From assembly GCA_963733675.1 (NCBI GenBank), contig CAVTET010000001.1, forward strand, positions 320,001 through 384,000: 64,000 bases of DNA, in the 5' to 3' direction. Origin of the DNA: an uncultured Methanosarcinaceae archaeon. Lineage in GTDB: Archaea > Halobacteriota > Methanosarcinia > Methanosarcinales > Methanosarcinaceae. A program made the position numbers and the translations under genes. Positions 55,242 to 64,000 of the stretch are shown here, in pieces (within the stretch, counting starts at the first letter, position 1; each line of letters starts with the position of its first letter). Below the pieces are notes generated by a model. The model had not been told where the DNA came from, made no database searches, and saw nothing but the letters and a program-made list of their open reading frames with translations.

Positions 55242-56798
55242 TTACTGGATTAATGATTTTTGCCTCAACAGGCGGTTATAGTTGATTGCGAATCTGTGGG
55301 CTTCATCCCTAATCTCTTGGATAAAGAGGGAAGCCTTTTCTTCTCTTTTGATGTGAAGAGGAGCCTTAAATCCAGGTACATAGATTTCTTCATTTCGTTT
55401 GGCAATGGAAATGATTGGAATCCTAATTTTTAGCCTCTTAAGCTCTTGGAATGCTGAAAAAAGCTGTCCTTTACCCCCATCTATAATAATTAATTCAGGC
55501 ATGTCATGTTTATCCTCAAGCAGGCGGGAGTATCGCCTGCCAACAACCTCGGCAATAGAAGCAAAGTCATCAATTCCTTCCACACTTTCTATTTTGAAGC
55601 GGCGGTAATTATGTTTGTCAGGCCGACCTCCCCGGAACTGCACCATGGAGCCTACAGTAGCCGTACCTGAGAGATGTGAGATATCGAAACATTCAATAAC
55701 ATTCGGAAGCTGAGGCAGAAAAAGCTTACTCTGCAGAGCTTCTAGTTTATTCTGATCTCCGAAAAATCCTATCTCAACATTCTTCAGGGCAAGATCGAGT
55801 AATTCTTTTTTTTCGCCCTGTTTAGGAACCGAAATTTTCACCCTTTTTCCTTTAACCTGTGATAAAAAATCTACAAGAGATTCGTCGAGAAGCTCAGGCA
55901 AGATCAGTTCTTCAGGCGGATCATTCTCAGAATAATACTGTACCAGAAACTCTTCCAGGAAATTTTCCCCAAAGGAAAAAACATAGTCTTGCTTATCTTC
56001 AAGTGTGCCTCTATAGACCTTGAAGAGCATGAGATAGATGTTACCATTTCTGATAATATAGTTTAGGATGTCCTCATTATGCTTCTTCTGCCTCTCCATA
56101 TTTTGTTTTTCATTGAGGTTCTCAAGGGCTGAGACCTCATTTCTGAGGATCATAGCCTGCTCGAATTGTTGCTTTGCAGCTAGATCTTTCATTTCCTTTT
56201 CCATGGACTCAATGAGCTCTCTGATATTGCCTTTCAGGACATCGGTAGCCCTTTTTACTTTATTTTTGTATTCTTCTGAGGAGATTCTTCCTATACATGG
56301 GCCGCTACATGCTCCGATGTGATACCTGAGACAGGCACGAATCGGCATTTTTTTACAGGTCCTTAGCTGGAATGTCTTTCTTACAACCGCAAAAATGTAA
56401 TCTCTTTCCTTTGCAGAAACAAAGGGCCCAAAGAAATTCCCACTTTCTATTTTCTTCCTGGCAAGCCTGATTCTCGGAAATTTTTCTTCGGTTAAATGGA
56501 TGCAGGCGTATCTTTTAGAATCCTTGAGTGCGATATTATACTTTGGCAAGTGTTTCTTAATCAGAGTATTTTCCAGGAGGAAGGCTTCTACTTCAGTATT
56601 TGTAACAATGAAATCAAGGTTTCTGGCTGCCTGCACAAGACTTTCTGTTTTCGGATCAAGATCTCGTTTCTGGAAATAGTTGCTCACCCTTTTTTTAAGA
56701 TCTTTTGCCTTACCTACGTACATTACAGCACCATCTTCATTCTTGAAAAGATAGCATCCAGGCAGGTGAGGAAGAGACTTTAGATCAATCATCTTCAA
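55242..56798 (-). CDS. uvrC: Excinuclease ABC subunit C (no C-terminal HhH)
   Basis: GIY-YIG PGCYLF..YVGKAKDL; ECFDISH, IIDGGKGQ, RDEAHRFA. Confidence 0.97.
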   Translation of the reverse strand: MKMIDLKSLPHLPGCYLFKNEDGAVMYVGKAKDLKKRVSNYFQKRDLDPKTESLVQAARNLDFIVTNTEVEAFLLENTLIKKHLPKYNIALKDSKRYACIHLTEEKFPRIRLARKKIESGNFFGPFVSAKERDYIFAVVRKTFQLRTCKKMPIRACLRYHIGACSGPCIGRISSEEYKNKVKRATDVLKGNIRELIESMEKEMKDLAAKQQFEQAMILRNEVSALENLNEKQNMERQKKHNEDILNYIIRNGNIYLMLFKVYRGTLEDKQDYVFSFGENFLEEFLVQYYSENDPPEELILPELLDESLVDFLSQVKGKRVKISVPKQGEKKELLDLALKNVEIGFFGDQNKLEALQSKLFLPQLPNVIECFDISHLSGTATVGSMVQFRGGRPDKHNYRRFKIESVEGIDDFASIAEVVGRRYSRLLEDKHDMPELIIIDGGKGQLFSAFQELKRLKIRIPIISIAKRNEEIYVPGFKAPLHIKREEKASLFIQEIRDEAHRFAINYNRLLRQKSLIQ

Positions 56799-56855
56799 AC
56801 CTCATTCATTTAAGTTTTAAAAACATCCCAGAGAATTTGTCAAATTATTGACCCC

Positions 56856-59831
56856 TCATAATACTTTTGCTGCCCTGTGTTTGAATTCTTGAGATTTTTC
56901 TTCAAAGCCTTTAGAATTTTCATTAATGTTGTCTTCAAACTCTTCAGAATAGGGATCAAAAGGGTACACCTCTTCAGAAATTGCCTCAGTGGCCTCTGAC
57001 CCCAATATTTTCAAATCTGAGACTCCTCTTGAAAGCCTGGTAGCAAGGAAACATGCAGTATGGCTCTCCTTAACCACAGAAACTTCCTCAGGCGTTCCTG
57101 TAGCAATAATTTCTCCGCCCGCATTTCCGCCTTCAGGACCAAGATCAATTATATAATCTGCTGATTTAATCACGTCTAAGTTATGCTCGATTATGACTAC
57201 GGTATTCTTTTTTGCAACTAGGCCATTGAGGACCGAAATCAGTTTTTGAACATCATGAAAATGCAACCCTGTAGTGGGCTCATCAAGAAGATAGATTGTC
57301 ATTCCAGTGCCCTTTTTGGAGAGCTCTCTTGTAAGCTTGATTCGCTGGGCTTCCCCTCCCGAAAGGGTTGTTGAACTTTGGCCAAGTTTGATATAACCAA
57401 GCCCTACCCTTGTTAAGGTATCAAGCTTACCTTTAACCCAAGGTATATTTTTAAAATGTTCTGAAGCTTCTTCTACTGTCATATCCAGAACTTCTGCAAT
57501 CGATTTGCTCCTATACTTTACTTCTAGGGTTTCCCTGTTGTAACGTGTACCTTTACATTCCTCACACTCTATATATACATCAGGCAGGAAGTTCATTTCA
57601 ATTTTTATCAGCCCGTCTCCCTGGCAGGCCTCACAGCGTCCTCCCTTGACGTTGAAAGAAAAACGCCCACTTTTGTAACCCCGGATCCTGGATTCCTTCG
57701 TTTCGGCAAAGGCCTGCCTGATAGCATCAAAAACCTTTGTATAGGTTGCGGGATTCGAGCGTGGAGTTCTACCAATTGGACTCTGATCAATAACGATTAC
57801 TTTGTCAATCTCAGAATCAAAATTTAAATTTTCATAGTTCCCAGGTGTTACACTTGAATTATATATCTTTTTCATCAGGGCTTTGTACAGTGTATCATAA
57901 ATGAGAGTGGATTTCCCTGATCCCGAAACGCCTGTAACCACAGTCAAGATTCCTATTGGAATGTTCACATCTATATTCTTGAGGTTGTTTGCCCGGCAAC
58001 CTTTAAGCCGGATGAACGCATCACTCCGTCGACGGAGAGCCGGAACATTTATCTGCCTTTCTCCGGAAAGGTACTGACCTGTTAGAGACTCGGGATTCTT
58101 TTCGATCTCCTCAGGCGTACCTTCAGCTACTAAATAGCCCCCATGAATGCCTGCTCCAGGCCCGATATCTAGAACGTGATCAGCAGCTCGAATAGTGTCT
58201 TCATCATGCTCCACAACTATCAGTGTGTTCCCAAGATCTCGTAGTGTCCGGAGAGTCTGAATAAGCAATTCATTATCCCGCTGGTGCAGCCCTATAGACG
58301 GCTCGTCAAGCACGTAGAGCACACCCATGAGGTTAGATCCAATCTGCGTAGCTAGTCGGATGCGTTGAGCTTCTCCTCCTGAGAGGGTCCCTGCACTCCT
58401 GGATAGAGTGAGGTAACCAAGGCCTACATGTTTTAGGAACCCAAGACGGGAATGGATTTCTTTCAAAACCTGCTTTGCGATCTCTTCCTTCTTTTCCGAG
58501 ATCTCCAGGGTCTCAAAAAAATGGATACATTCTACTATTGAGAGATCTGTTACATCTACAATGGATTTATTTCCAAGCTTTACTGCAAGCACTTTTTCCT
58601 TCAGGCGCTTTCCTTCACATCTAGGGCATAGCCGAACTTGCATGAATTTTTCAAGTTCTTTTCGCCTGTACTCGGACTTGGTCTGGTTGTATAAACGTTC
58701 AGACTGAGGGAGAAGTCCCTCCCAGGTTCCTTTATGAGACCACTGAGCATCCCCGTTCTTCATGCTCATACTGAAATGAATGCGTTCATCTGAGCCGTTC
58801 ATAAGAGCTTTGTACTGCTCTTCTGAAAGAGCAACAAGAGGAGTGAAAATATCAAAATCAAAGTGCTTCGCCACGGCTGCCAGATGCTGGTTTCGGAAGC
58901 TGTCAAGGTAATTTCTGTATATGGCCACGGCTCCATCTGCAAGACAGAGAGTCTGATCCGGAATAATCAGATCAGGATCGAATTCCATTTTGATCCCGAG
59001 TCCATTGCACGCTTCACATGCCCCGAAAGGACTGTTAAAAGAAAACATCCTGGGCTGAAGTTCTTCAAAAGCCATATCACATATTGGACAGGACATATTT
59101 GATGAATAAAGGTGGGTTCTTCCTTCCGAATCAACCGCAATTAATAGCCCTTCAGCCTTTTCGAGGGCAATTTCACAGGCCTCAAAAAGCCTAGAACGAT
59201 CTTCTACAGGGTTTATACGGTCAATTACTACTTCAATATCATGTTTTTTGTAGCGATCGAGAACAATCTCGTCATCGATTCTGTAAATTTCCCCATTTAC
59301 ACGAACCCTGGTAAAGCCTTCGCCATTCAGTTCCCTAAAAAGTTGTTGATAAGTACCTTTCTTTTGGCGGACTATAGGTGCGAGGATGGTGACAATACCT
59401 TCATATTCTTTGCTGACACTATCTGCAATTTTATCAGGTGATTGAGATTCAATTATGATATTGTGAACCGGACAGTAAGGAGTTCCGATTCTGGCAAAAA
59501 GCAGCCGCATATAATCATAGATTTCAGTAACTGTTCCAACTGTACTTCGAGGATTTCTGGATGTTGTTTTCTGTTCTATGGAAATTGCCGGGGATAGCCC
59601 TTCAATACTGTCCACATCCGGCTTGTTCATGAGGCCAAGAAACTGACGCGCATAAGCTGAGAGAGATTCCACATAGCGACGCTGTCCTTCTGCATAGATA
59701 GTGTCAAAAGCCAGGGTGGATTTTCCAGAACCTGAGACGCCTGTAATAACAATAAATTTATCCCGCGGGAGCTGGACTGTAATATTTTTCAAATTGTGTT
59801 CCCGTGCCCCTTTAATAATGATATTTTTCAT
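56856..59831 (-). CDS. uvrA: Excinuclease ABC subunit A
   Basis: Two [11 protein letters not shown] domains, LSGGEAQRI signatures, zinc fingers. Confidence 0.98.
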   Translation of the reverse strand: MKNIIIKGAREHNLKNITVQLPRDKFIVITGVSGSGKSTLAFDTIYAEGQRRYVESLSAYARQFLGLMNKPDVDSIEGLSPAISIEQKTTSRNPRSTVGTVTEIYDYMRLLFARIGTPYCPVHNIIIESQSPDKIADSVSKEYEGIVTILAPIVRQKKGTYQQLFRELNGEGFTRVRVNGEIYRIDDEIVLDRYKKHDIEVVIDRINPVEDRSRLFEACEIALEKAEGLLIAVDSEGRTHLYSSNMSCPICDMAFEELQPRMFSFNSPFGACEACNGLGIKMEFDPDLIIPDQTLCLADGAVAIYRNYLDSFRNQHLAAVAKHFDFDIFTPLVALSEEQYKALMNGSDERIHFSMSMKNGDAQWSHKGTWEGLLPQSERLYNQTKSEYRRKELEKFMQVRLCPRCEGKRLKEKVLAVKLGNKSIVDVTDLSIVECIHFFETLEISEKKEEIAKQVLKEIHSRLGFLKHVGLGYLTLSRSAGTLSGGEAQRIRLATQIGSNLMGVLYVLDEPSIGLHQRDNELLIQTLRTLRDLGNTLIVVEHDEDTIRAADHVLDIGPGAGIHGGYLVAEGTPEEIEKNPESLTGQYLSGERQINVPALRRRSDAFIRLKGCRANNLKNIDVNIPIGILTVVTGVSGSGKSTLIYDTLYKALMKKIYNSSVTPGNYENLNFDSEIDKVIVIDQSPIGRTPRSNPATYTKVFDAIRQAFAETKESRIRGYKSGRFSFNVKGGRCEACQGDGLIKIEMNFLPDVYIECEECKGTRYNRETLEVKYRSKSIAEVLDMTVEEASEHFKNIPWVKGKLDTLTRVGLGYIKLGQSSTTLSGGEAQRIKLTRELSKKGTGMTIYLLDEPTTGLHFHDVQKLISVLNGLVAKKNTVVIIEHNLDVIKSADYIIDLGPEGGNAGGEIIATGTPEEVSVVKESHTACFLATRLSRGVSDLKILGSEATEAISEEVYPFDPYSEEFEDNINENSKGFEEKSQEFKHRAAKVL

Positions 59832-59939
59832 TTTTTTCTCTCGGATTCTTTTTGTCTCAGTTGAATCAGTTAAATATTCATTTAGTATTACATTCTATAA
59901 TTTGAGGTCTAAAGGATATGTAGATAACATAAACTATAG

Positions 59940-60028
59940 TGGATCTAGATAAATCTCTGATTTTCGCGTGTTGTTTTATACATCATTTATAAGCATATGA
60001 CGAAATTAAGGGATTTGTCGAAATTCTC
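59940..60028 (+). repeat. 89-bp MITE copy
   Basis: GGATCTAGATAAATCTC ... GGGATTTGTCGAAATTCTC. Confidence 0.6.
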
Positions 60029-60699
60029 TATGAACAAACTAATTTGAAAGTTTTTGCTCTTCCTTGGACAATGTGTCAGGGAAAATAACTTCACGCATTT
60101 ACGGATTCTTGTAAATAAATGGATGTCATTGACTGAAATTTATTTCATTGATGACCGTCAGTAACAATTAAATGAAGTTCCTAAATATTAAGTTCCCAGA
60201 TTGTTCAATATATACAACAAATGTGGACTTTTTATTAATAAAGTGATATAGCGAATTGAAAGTAATAATCATTAAATGAATGGATTCTATACTGAATATA
60301 TAACAGACTAGGCCGATAGGCAACGAATATAGCAGCCAAATTTTATCAAATATTATATATGCTAATCCTCAACACTTTCATTTTAGAACAACAATTTCCC
60401 TTACAAATTAGTATTTCTAAGCTTTCAGAGCCAAAAAAACGCCTAAAGAATATATGGTGAAAAAAATGTCGACAGATTGTGAGAAGAGTAGAGTTTAAAG
60501 TTTCAACCATATAACGAGTGTGTACAGTATATTTATCATATAAATAATTATCTATCTAAATATATTTTAGTGCTTTTGTATGCAATAAATAATAAAATGC
60601 CGTAAAGCAGTTTTTCATATGCTCGCTGAAATAATATTCAGAGAAGAAAAATCGGAAAAGATGTAAAGAAAGAGAAGACGAACAACATACATAACTTTC

Positions 60700-61600
60700 T
60701 GTAAAATATGCTCGATGCTATCTAATTTTCTTTTTTTGAGCACTGTTTTATTATTATTATTATTATACATGTTTCCTACTATCTAATCTTCAGTTATACC
60801 AATGAGTATTGAAAATATCAATCTCACTACTCATTCCTTCTATGGAAGGTCCCAAAACTTTGCTTCTTCTTTTGAGTTCTTTGTTAATCCATTCCATCAC
60901 ATTTATTGTTCTTATTTTTGTCAAGTAATTACTTAAAAACTGTAGATAGTTCACTGTATATCTGGAAGCTTTTAATTTATCAGCTGCTCTTTTATCACTA
61001 GTAACACTCAATTTCTTGCCAGGTCATGCAATTTATGGCAATATATCAATGTTTATTTCACATTCTCAGCAACTTCTTTTTGATACCTTCTTAAGAAATT
61101 ATTTCATCAGGTGTAAATGACAAATTTGTCACCTTGATTAAAGAAAAGAGCCTAATATTTCTTTCTGTGATCCTCTATCTTTATCTTAAATTAACTTGAA
61201 ACATCTCAAACATCTTCCTTTCAGATCATCAAAAAAAATCTTCCAAAAGCAAAGAGTTTTCAATGTCTGCGAATCTTTCTCCAAGGATCTTAAGAGAATA
61301 TCATCCTTTATCCTAGCAACTACACAGGGAGCCTTGTTTTAAATAGTGAAGACAGTATGATTACTTTGAAATAAGTAGCATCAATAAGCAGGTAAGGGAT
61401 TTCTCTTTCTATTCTTTTTGAGAGGAATTCTTCAAATTTTTCATCAAATTCTTTAGTAATCCTGGAAACAGAAGAAGATGATATACCACCTACTTCCAAA
61501 ACAGTCATAATTTTTTTGATCCTTTAGGTGGGGACACCTTGCAGATAAGATTCAGCTACAGCAATTCGGAAGACTTTCTAAGCTCTTGAATACTGGATGA
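60700..61600 (-). mobile_element. IS256-family transposase relic
   Basis: ESYLQGVPT, ISSSSVSRITKEFD, PYLLIDATYFKV, RTINVMEWINKELKRRSKV. Confidence 0.8.
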
Positions 61601-61645
61601 ATAATAATTCTATTTGAGAATATACGATTGCATAGATTTTACTTA

Positions 61646-62515
61646 GAGGCTATCCGAAAAATCCTGCTGATCTTAATGTTATCAATGCGCACGCTAAATG
61701 TAGCATAGCAAGGTAATTTTCAATTTTCTTTTCGCATCTTATAAGGAGTCTTCTGAATCTATTCAGCCAAGAATGTGTCCTTTCTACCACCCATCTTCTT
61801 GCCCTAAAACCAGGTATCTCTTCTTATGTTTTCTTCTCCACAACTTTTGATATGCTCAGTATAACCATATTCTTCAACCAATTTTCTGATATCGGTGAAA
61901 TCATAACCCTTATCTATGCATATATTCTGAATTATGTTTTCTGGAGAAGGTCTTTCAAAGAATATGGCGTCTAAAGTCCTTTTTACAAGTTTTTTATCGT
62001 GACGATTGGCTCCATCAACGACAACAGAAAGTGGTATGCCTTTACCATTAGTTAAAACAATCCTTTTTGTACCTTTTTTGCCACGATCAGTAGGATTGGT
62101 TCCTGTTCCAGCTCCACCTAATGGTGTTTTTGTCATAGCACCGTAAATTGATTGTCATTCCCATTCTAATCCTTTTTCGAAATCATACTCTACAAGACCA
62201 GCCAGCCACATGCTCTCAAATAAGCCTGATAGTTGCCATTCCTGAAATCTATCATGTACAGTGCTTGGAGCTCCATAAAATTGTGGCAATGCTTTCCATT
62301 GGCAACCAGTAACAAGGAGATAGAGGATGCCACTCATTATTTTCCTATCACCCTTTCTAGGTCTTCCAGACTTCTTTTTTGGCTTAGGTACAGGTAGTAA
62401 AGGCTTTATTTTTTTCCAATAATCTTCAGAAAGTTAGTAGTCCTGAACAATTTTCCGTTTTGTCATTACCACACATGATCTTAAATTGAAAGTAGATTAT
62501 TTTTCTGATAGGCTC
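61646..62515 (-). mobile_element. IS5-family element, copy 3 (more divergent, stops and a frameshift)
   Basis: Same TIRs and TTA flanks; shares the WE*QS TGA with copies 1 and 2. Confidence 0.95.
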
Positions 62516-62786
62516 TTAATCTAAACCATGCCACGTAACTTCACTATTTTAACCCGACAAGTAGATAACCGAGTCCAAAAAATTAGAAAAAAATCCGGAA
62601 AAATTATGTTCACTAAAATTGGAGGTTATTTACCCTCACGACTTTTCCAATATTCAATAGTTAACTCTAAATATGAGAAGCTAATTGACACTTTCTGATT
62701 TGTGAAAATTAGCATTCAAACAAGATTGTTCTCTTCACAGTTTCAAAAAAGCATTCAACACAACATCTTAAAGAAAATAAATATGG

Positions 62787-62875
62787 AAGAATTTTGGTAA
62801 TCTCTGATTTTCATAAGCCATATTATATGCAAATTATAAGTCTATGACAAAATGAAGGGATTTATCAAGATTTTC
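62787..62875 (+). repeat. 89-bp MITE copy
   Basis: AAGAATTTTGGTAATCTCTGATTTTC ... ATGACAAAATGAAGGGATTTATCAAGATTTTC. Confidence 0.55.
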
Positions 62876-63123
62876 TTAATTATAACTAAAAAGGAAAAAA
62901 TGATATAAGTTAATGCATTAATTGAATGGGATTATTGAGAAATCATATGATCATCTACAAATATTATCCTCATTTATAACCAGAAAATATATAAGGGAAA
63001 AAAATCCCTAAAGAAATGCTCTAAAAAGTTTTTCACCTTTCAGAGCAGTCTATTAAAGCTGCAAAAACCTGGAGTGATGAGAAAAGTAATCTTCTTTGTT
63101 AAAAACAAAATTTTTCTGCCAAC

Positions 63124-63636
63124 TCAGATTCGAGTACGTCTTAATATCATCCCGAATCTGGCTTTCAGTTCCAGGGAATTAAATGGAGGAGTAATATAAT
63201 CATCTGCTCCTGCCTCAAAAGCTTTAACTTTGTCTGTCACCTCACATCTTTCACTAAGCATTACTACCGGTATCCAACAGTACCTAGAACTGGCCTTAAG
63301 CTGCCTACATATCTCAAAACCGTCTATATTCCCAAGTCCAGTATCTAGCAGGACAAGGTCAGGTTTTTCGGTTTTTATGGTTTCAAGGACAGAAAAATTA
63401 CCAGAAGCTTTGACAACACTATAATTTTCAGCTTCAAGCAACGGTTTAAGGCCATCATACACGCTATGTCCATAATTCACAATAAGGATTTTCTCCCTTA
63501 TATCCTTAAAGTTTTCAATGCGCGTTTTTACCATTTCTTCAGCAACCGAAAGCTCAAAGGCAATATCCCTATCACTTATTTCAGGCTTTGCTTCAATCAA
63601 TTTTAATATCTTATTATCTAGCTTTATGTCGTACAT
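63124..63636 (-). CDS. Response regulator with N-terminal AsnC-like HTH and C-terminal receiver domain
   Basis: LDNKILKLI..ISDRDIAFELSV HTH; KPDLVLLD, DGFEICRQLK, AGADDYITPPF. Confidence 0.85.
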   Translation of the reverse strand: MYDIKLDNKILKLIEAKPEISDRDIAFELSVAEEMVKTRIENFKDIREKILIVNYGHSVYDGLKPLLEAENYSVVKASGNFSVLETIKTEKPDLVLLDTGLGNIDGFEICRQLKASSRYCWIPVVMLSERCEVTDKVKAFEAGADDYITPPFNSLELKARFGMILRRTRI

Positions 63637-63871
63637 TTACCCTCCGCCTCTATACAGTATACATTTTATTAGGTATTAAACATTTCTAAAATATTTAGCT
63701 TTAACTTATATAGTAACTTATATATAGTATAGATGGAACAGTGTTCTCCAATTTTTTTCATTAATAGTCTGCCTTGATCAATAGGCAGATAAGTTTATAA
63801 CCATAAATAGCAAGTTAATATTGGAAATAAAAATCACTCACGAAGAGTAGCCACCTCTGAGATGATAAACA

Positions 63872-64000
63872 ATGGATCCACTAGAAAAAATCTTCGGAAA
63901 AACTGCACAGATGACAGTGCTTGAAAACCTGATAGAACACCAGAACGAATCAACCTACCTTTCTGGAATAGCTGAAGAAACTGGGCTGTCGCATTCGAGC
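63872..64000 (+). CDS. Winged-helix DNA-binding protein (runs off window end)
   Basis: MDPLEKIFGKTAQMTVLENLIEHQNESTYLSGIAEETGLSHSS. Confidence 0.7.
   Translation, partial: MDPLEKIFGKTAQMTVLENLIEHQNESTYLSGIAEETGLSHSS

Overview
Archaeal DNA of Methanosarcina type (fae-hps/tpiA, methanogenesis marker 8, rio1/aIF-1A/dim2, HSR-cdc48-hsp20-hsp20, uvrA-uvrC-uvrB, XPD helicase, amtB). Intact core genes alternate with AT-rich decaying accessory DNA: four full IS6 copies plus one fragment, three 150-bp IS6 MITEs, three ~872-bp IS5 copies, three older IS5 relics with an 89-bp MITE family, IS200 and IS256 relics and many pseudogenes. The most notable signals are: (1) three dispersed small secreted-protein genes sharing an M-x-K-Q-x-[YF]-x-[RK]-I-K leader but with unrelated cargo; (2) a relic family A DNA polymerase plus HTH gene, unexpected in an archaeon; (3) IS6 MITEs with 8-bp target duplications; (4) a divergent tRNA-Leu(UAG) directly followed by a 49-aa zinc-finger ORF; (5) a probable CUG start for aIF-1A; (6) an amber codon near the end of marker 8; (7) HSR1-like operators. 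All calls come from reading the sequence by eye and no searches were run.
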